A stretch of 64,000 bases of DNA, from positions 74,769 through 138,768 of the forward strand of contig CAMYNW010000012.1 in NCBI GenBank assembly GCA_947259885.1. The letters are read 5' to 3'. Of the stretch, positions 63,042-64,000 are shown piece by piece (within the stretch, counting starts at the first letter, position 1; each line of letters begins with the position of its first letter). This DNA is from an uncultured Gammaproteobacteria bacterium. GTDB lineage: Bacteria; Pseudomonadota; Gammaproteobacteria; Arenicellales; Poriferihabitantaceae. Both the position numbers and the translations under genes were made by a program. The notes beneath the pieces are model-generated. The model did not search any database, was not told the origin of the DNA, and was given only the letters and a program-made list of their open reading frames with translations.

Positions 63042-64000
63042 CTAAAATATTTCGAGACCTCTTTCCTCTGCTATTTGAACCAGGGACTTACCCTCCAGGT
63101 CTACGAGATTCGTATCGGCACCATTTGAGACTAATAGATTGGCTATATCCTCGTGGCCTTCCCATATTGCAAAGAACAATGCGCTGCGCCCGTTTCTGTC
63201 AATATTATTTAAATTGGCCCCCGCCTGGACTAACCTATTCGCCAACTCGAAATGGCCATTAATAGACGCCGCCATTAATGCGGTTTTTCCGCCCGCTGAC
63301 TGAGTATCCAGATTAGCACCTGCTTGCACTAATAGCTGGGCAGCGGAATCGTGACCCGCAATGGCGGCTTGTATTAGAGGCGTCCTGCCTCGACGGTCTG
63401 CCAAGTTCACTTCCGCACCTGCCCCCAGCATTTGCTCCATATATTCGACCTGACCGCGCCATGCCGCCTTAGCAAGCAGGGTTTCACCTCCGTTGTTAAC
63501 AATATTAGGATTCCCCGACGCTTTTAAAAATACTTCGATCGGTTCAAAATTGTTTTGTTGTAAAGATGAAAACAAATTACCGGCCTCGGAGGAGTCCATA
63601 TTTTGCGTCTGCTCTTCAATCGAACTGATACTCGTATTGTTACTGCTTTTTTCGGCAAGATTCTCATTTAGCTTTTCTGTTGTCGCCGCTTTGCCTGCTA
63701 TAGCTTCCGCCTGAGCCCGCTGTGTTTCTTCGATCTTGACTTGGGCAGCCAGCGCCAAGGCTCTATCGTTGGCAACAGAAGCTTTAACCACGGCAATTTG
63801 TTCTTCAGCAATTTTTGCTTGCCGTTGTAGCGCCGCCGTTCTTTCCGCAATGTCTTTCGCTTCCGCCTGGGCCCGCTGTGCTTCTTCGATCTTGACTTGG
63901 GCAGCCAGCGCCAAGGCTCTATCGTTGGCAACGGAAGCTTTAATCACGGCAATTTGTTCTTCAGCAATTTTCGCTTGTTGCCGTAGCGCTGCCGTTCTTT
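63042..64000 (-). CDS. Ankyrin-repeat protein with an N-terminal 52-aa tandem coiled-coil repeat (5' end outside the window)
   Basis: The frame stays open past 64000. The C-terminal half has 4-5 ANK units (GRTPLIQAAIAGHDSAAQLLVQAGANL, GKTALMAASINGHFELANRLVQAGANL, GRSALFFAIWEGHEDIANLLVSNGAD). Confidence 0.8.
   Translation of the reverse strand, partial: RTAALRQQAKIAEEQIAVIKASVANDRALALAAQVKIEEAQRAQAEAKDIAERTAALQRQAKIAEEQIAVVKASVANDRALALAAQVKIEETQRAQAEAIAGKAATTEKLNENLAEKSSNNTSISSIEEQTQNMDSSEAGNLFSSLQQNNFEPIEVFLKASGNPNIVNNGGETLLAKAAWRGQVEYMEQMLGAGAEVNLADRRGRTPLIQAAIAGHDSAAQLLVQAGANLDTQSAGGKTALMAASINGHFELANRLVQAGANLNNIDRNGRSALFFAIWEGHEDIANLLVSNGADTNLVDLEGKSLVQIAEERGLEIF
63702..64000. repeat. 156-bp (52-codon) tandem repeat inside the ankyrin gene; at least 2 copies, continuing beyond the window
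   Basis: The unit IKASVANDRALALAAQVKIEE(A/T)QRAQAEAKDIAERTAALQRQAKIAEEQIAV recurs with very few nucleotide differences (compare 63716-63790 with 63871-63945). Confidence 0.85.

Noticed and set aside
63698-63931. 77-aa alternative-frame ORF within the ankyrin gene repeats
   Set aside because: It is an off-frame translation of the 156-bp tandem repeat, and it repeats itself accordingly. The ANK-containing frame is continuous and better supported.

Overview
This 64 kb window reads as chromosomal DNA of about 50% GC from an aerobic, probably marine, proteobacterium; gammaproteobacterial is my guess and is inference only. It is densely coding, with about 60 genes. I found no rRNA, tRNA, CRISPR array, transposase, integrase or phage genes. 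The content falls into eight blocks. (1) 1-13.4 kb is an amine and quaternary-amine style catabolic island. It holds a CoA-acylating aldehyde dehydrogenase 3' end, an acyl-CoA ligase, several Fe(II)/2-oxoglutarate dioxygenases (one decayed to a pseudogene), a FAH-family hydrolase, an M20 amidohydrolase, a Cys-type GrdB/PrdB-like protein and the heterotetrameric sarcosine oxidase operon soxBDAG. (2) 14-18.5 kb holds a GAF hybrid histidine kinase, an IPNS-type oxygenase, a LysE exporter and a lone Hpt protein. (3) 18.8-22.8 kb holds an aldehyde dehydrogenase, a glutamine-synthetase-like ligase and a Rieske oxygenase. (4) 22.8-32 kb is a large polyhydroxyalkanoate (PHA) supercluster. It carries phaA, two phaB, two phasins, phaR, a class I phaC and a second two-component (class III/IV type) synthase. 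A recurring 8-1-8 palindrome sits in its promoter regions. (5) 32-41 kb holds LysE, PhyH, a class II aldolase, DNA polymerase II and a malonate module (malonyl-CoA decarboxylase, malonyl-CoA synthetase, MFS). (6) 41-47 kb holds an uncharacterised 750-aa PHP-like protein, an FGly-type sulfatase and a non-pyrrolysine MttB-family methyltransferase. (7) 52.4-56.7 kb is the least explicable locus. It encodes two lipoproteins with long poly-acidic tails, an HTH-like protein and a membrane protein, tied together by a shared perfect 17-bp palindrome. (8) 56.7-64 kb holds an oxaloacetate decarboxylase-like protein, znuA / zur-znuCB with a Zur box, cytochrome b561 and cytochrome c', LysR, and a partial ankyrin protein with 52-aa tandem repeats. 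All functional calls come from motif recognition by eye in the supplied translations; no database search was run.
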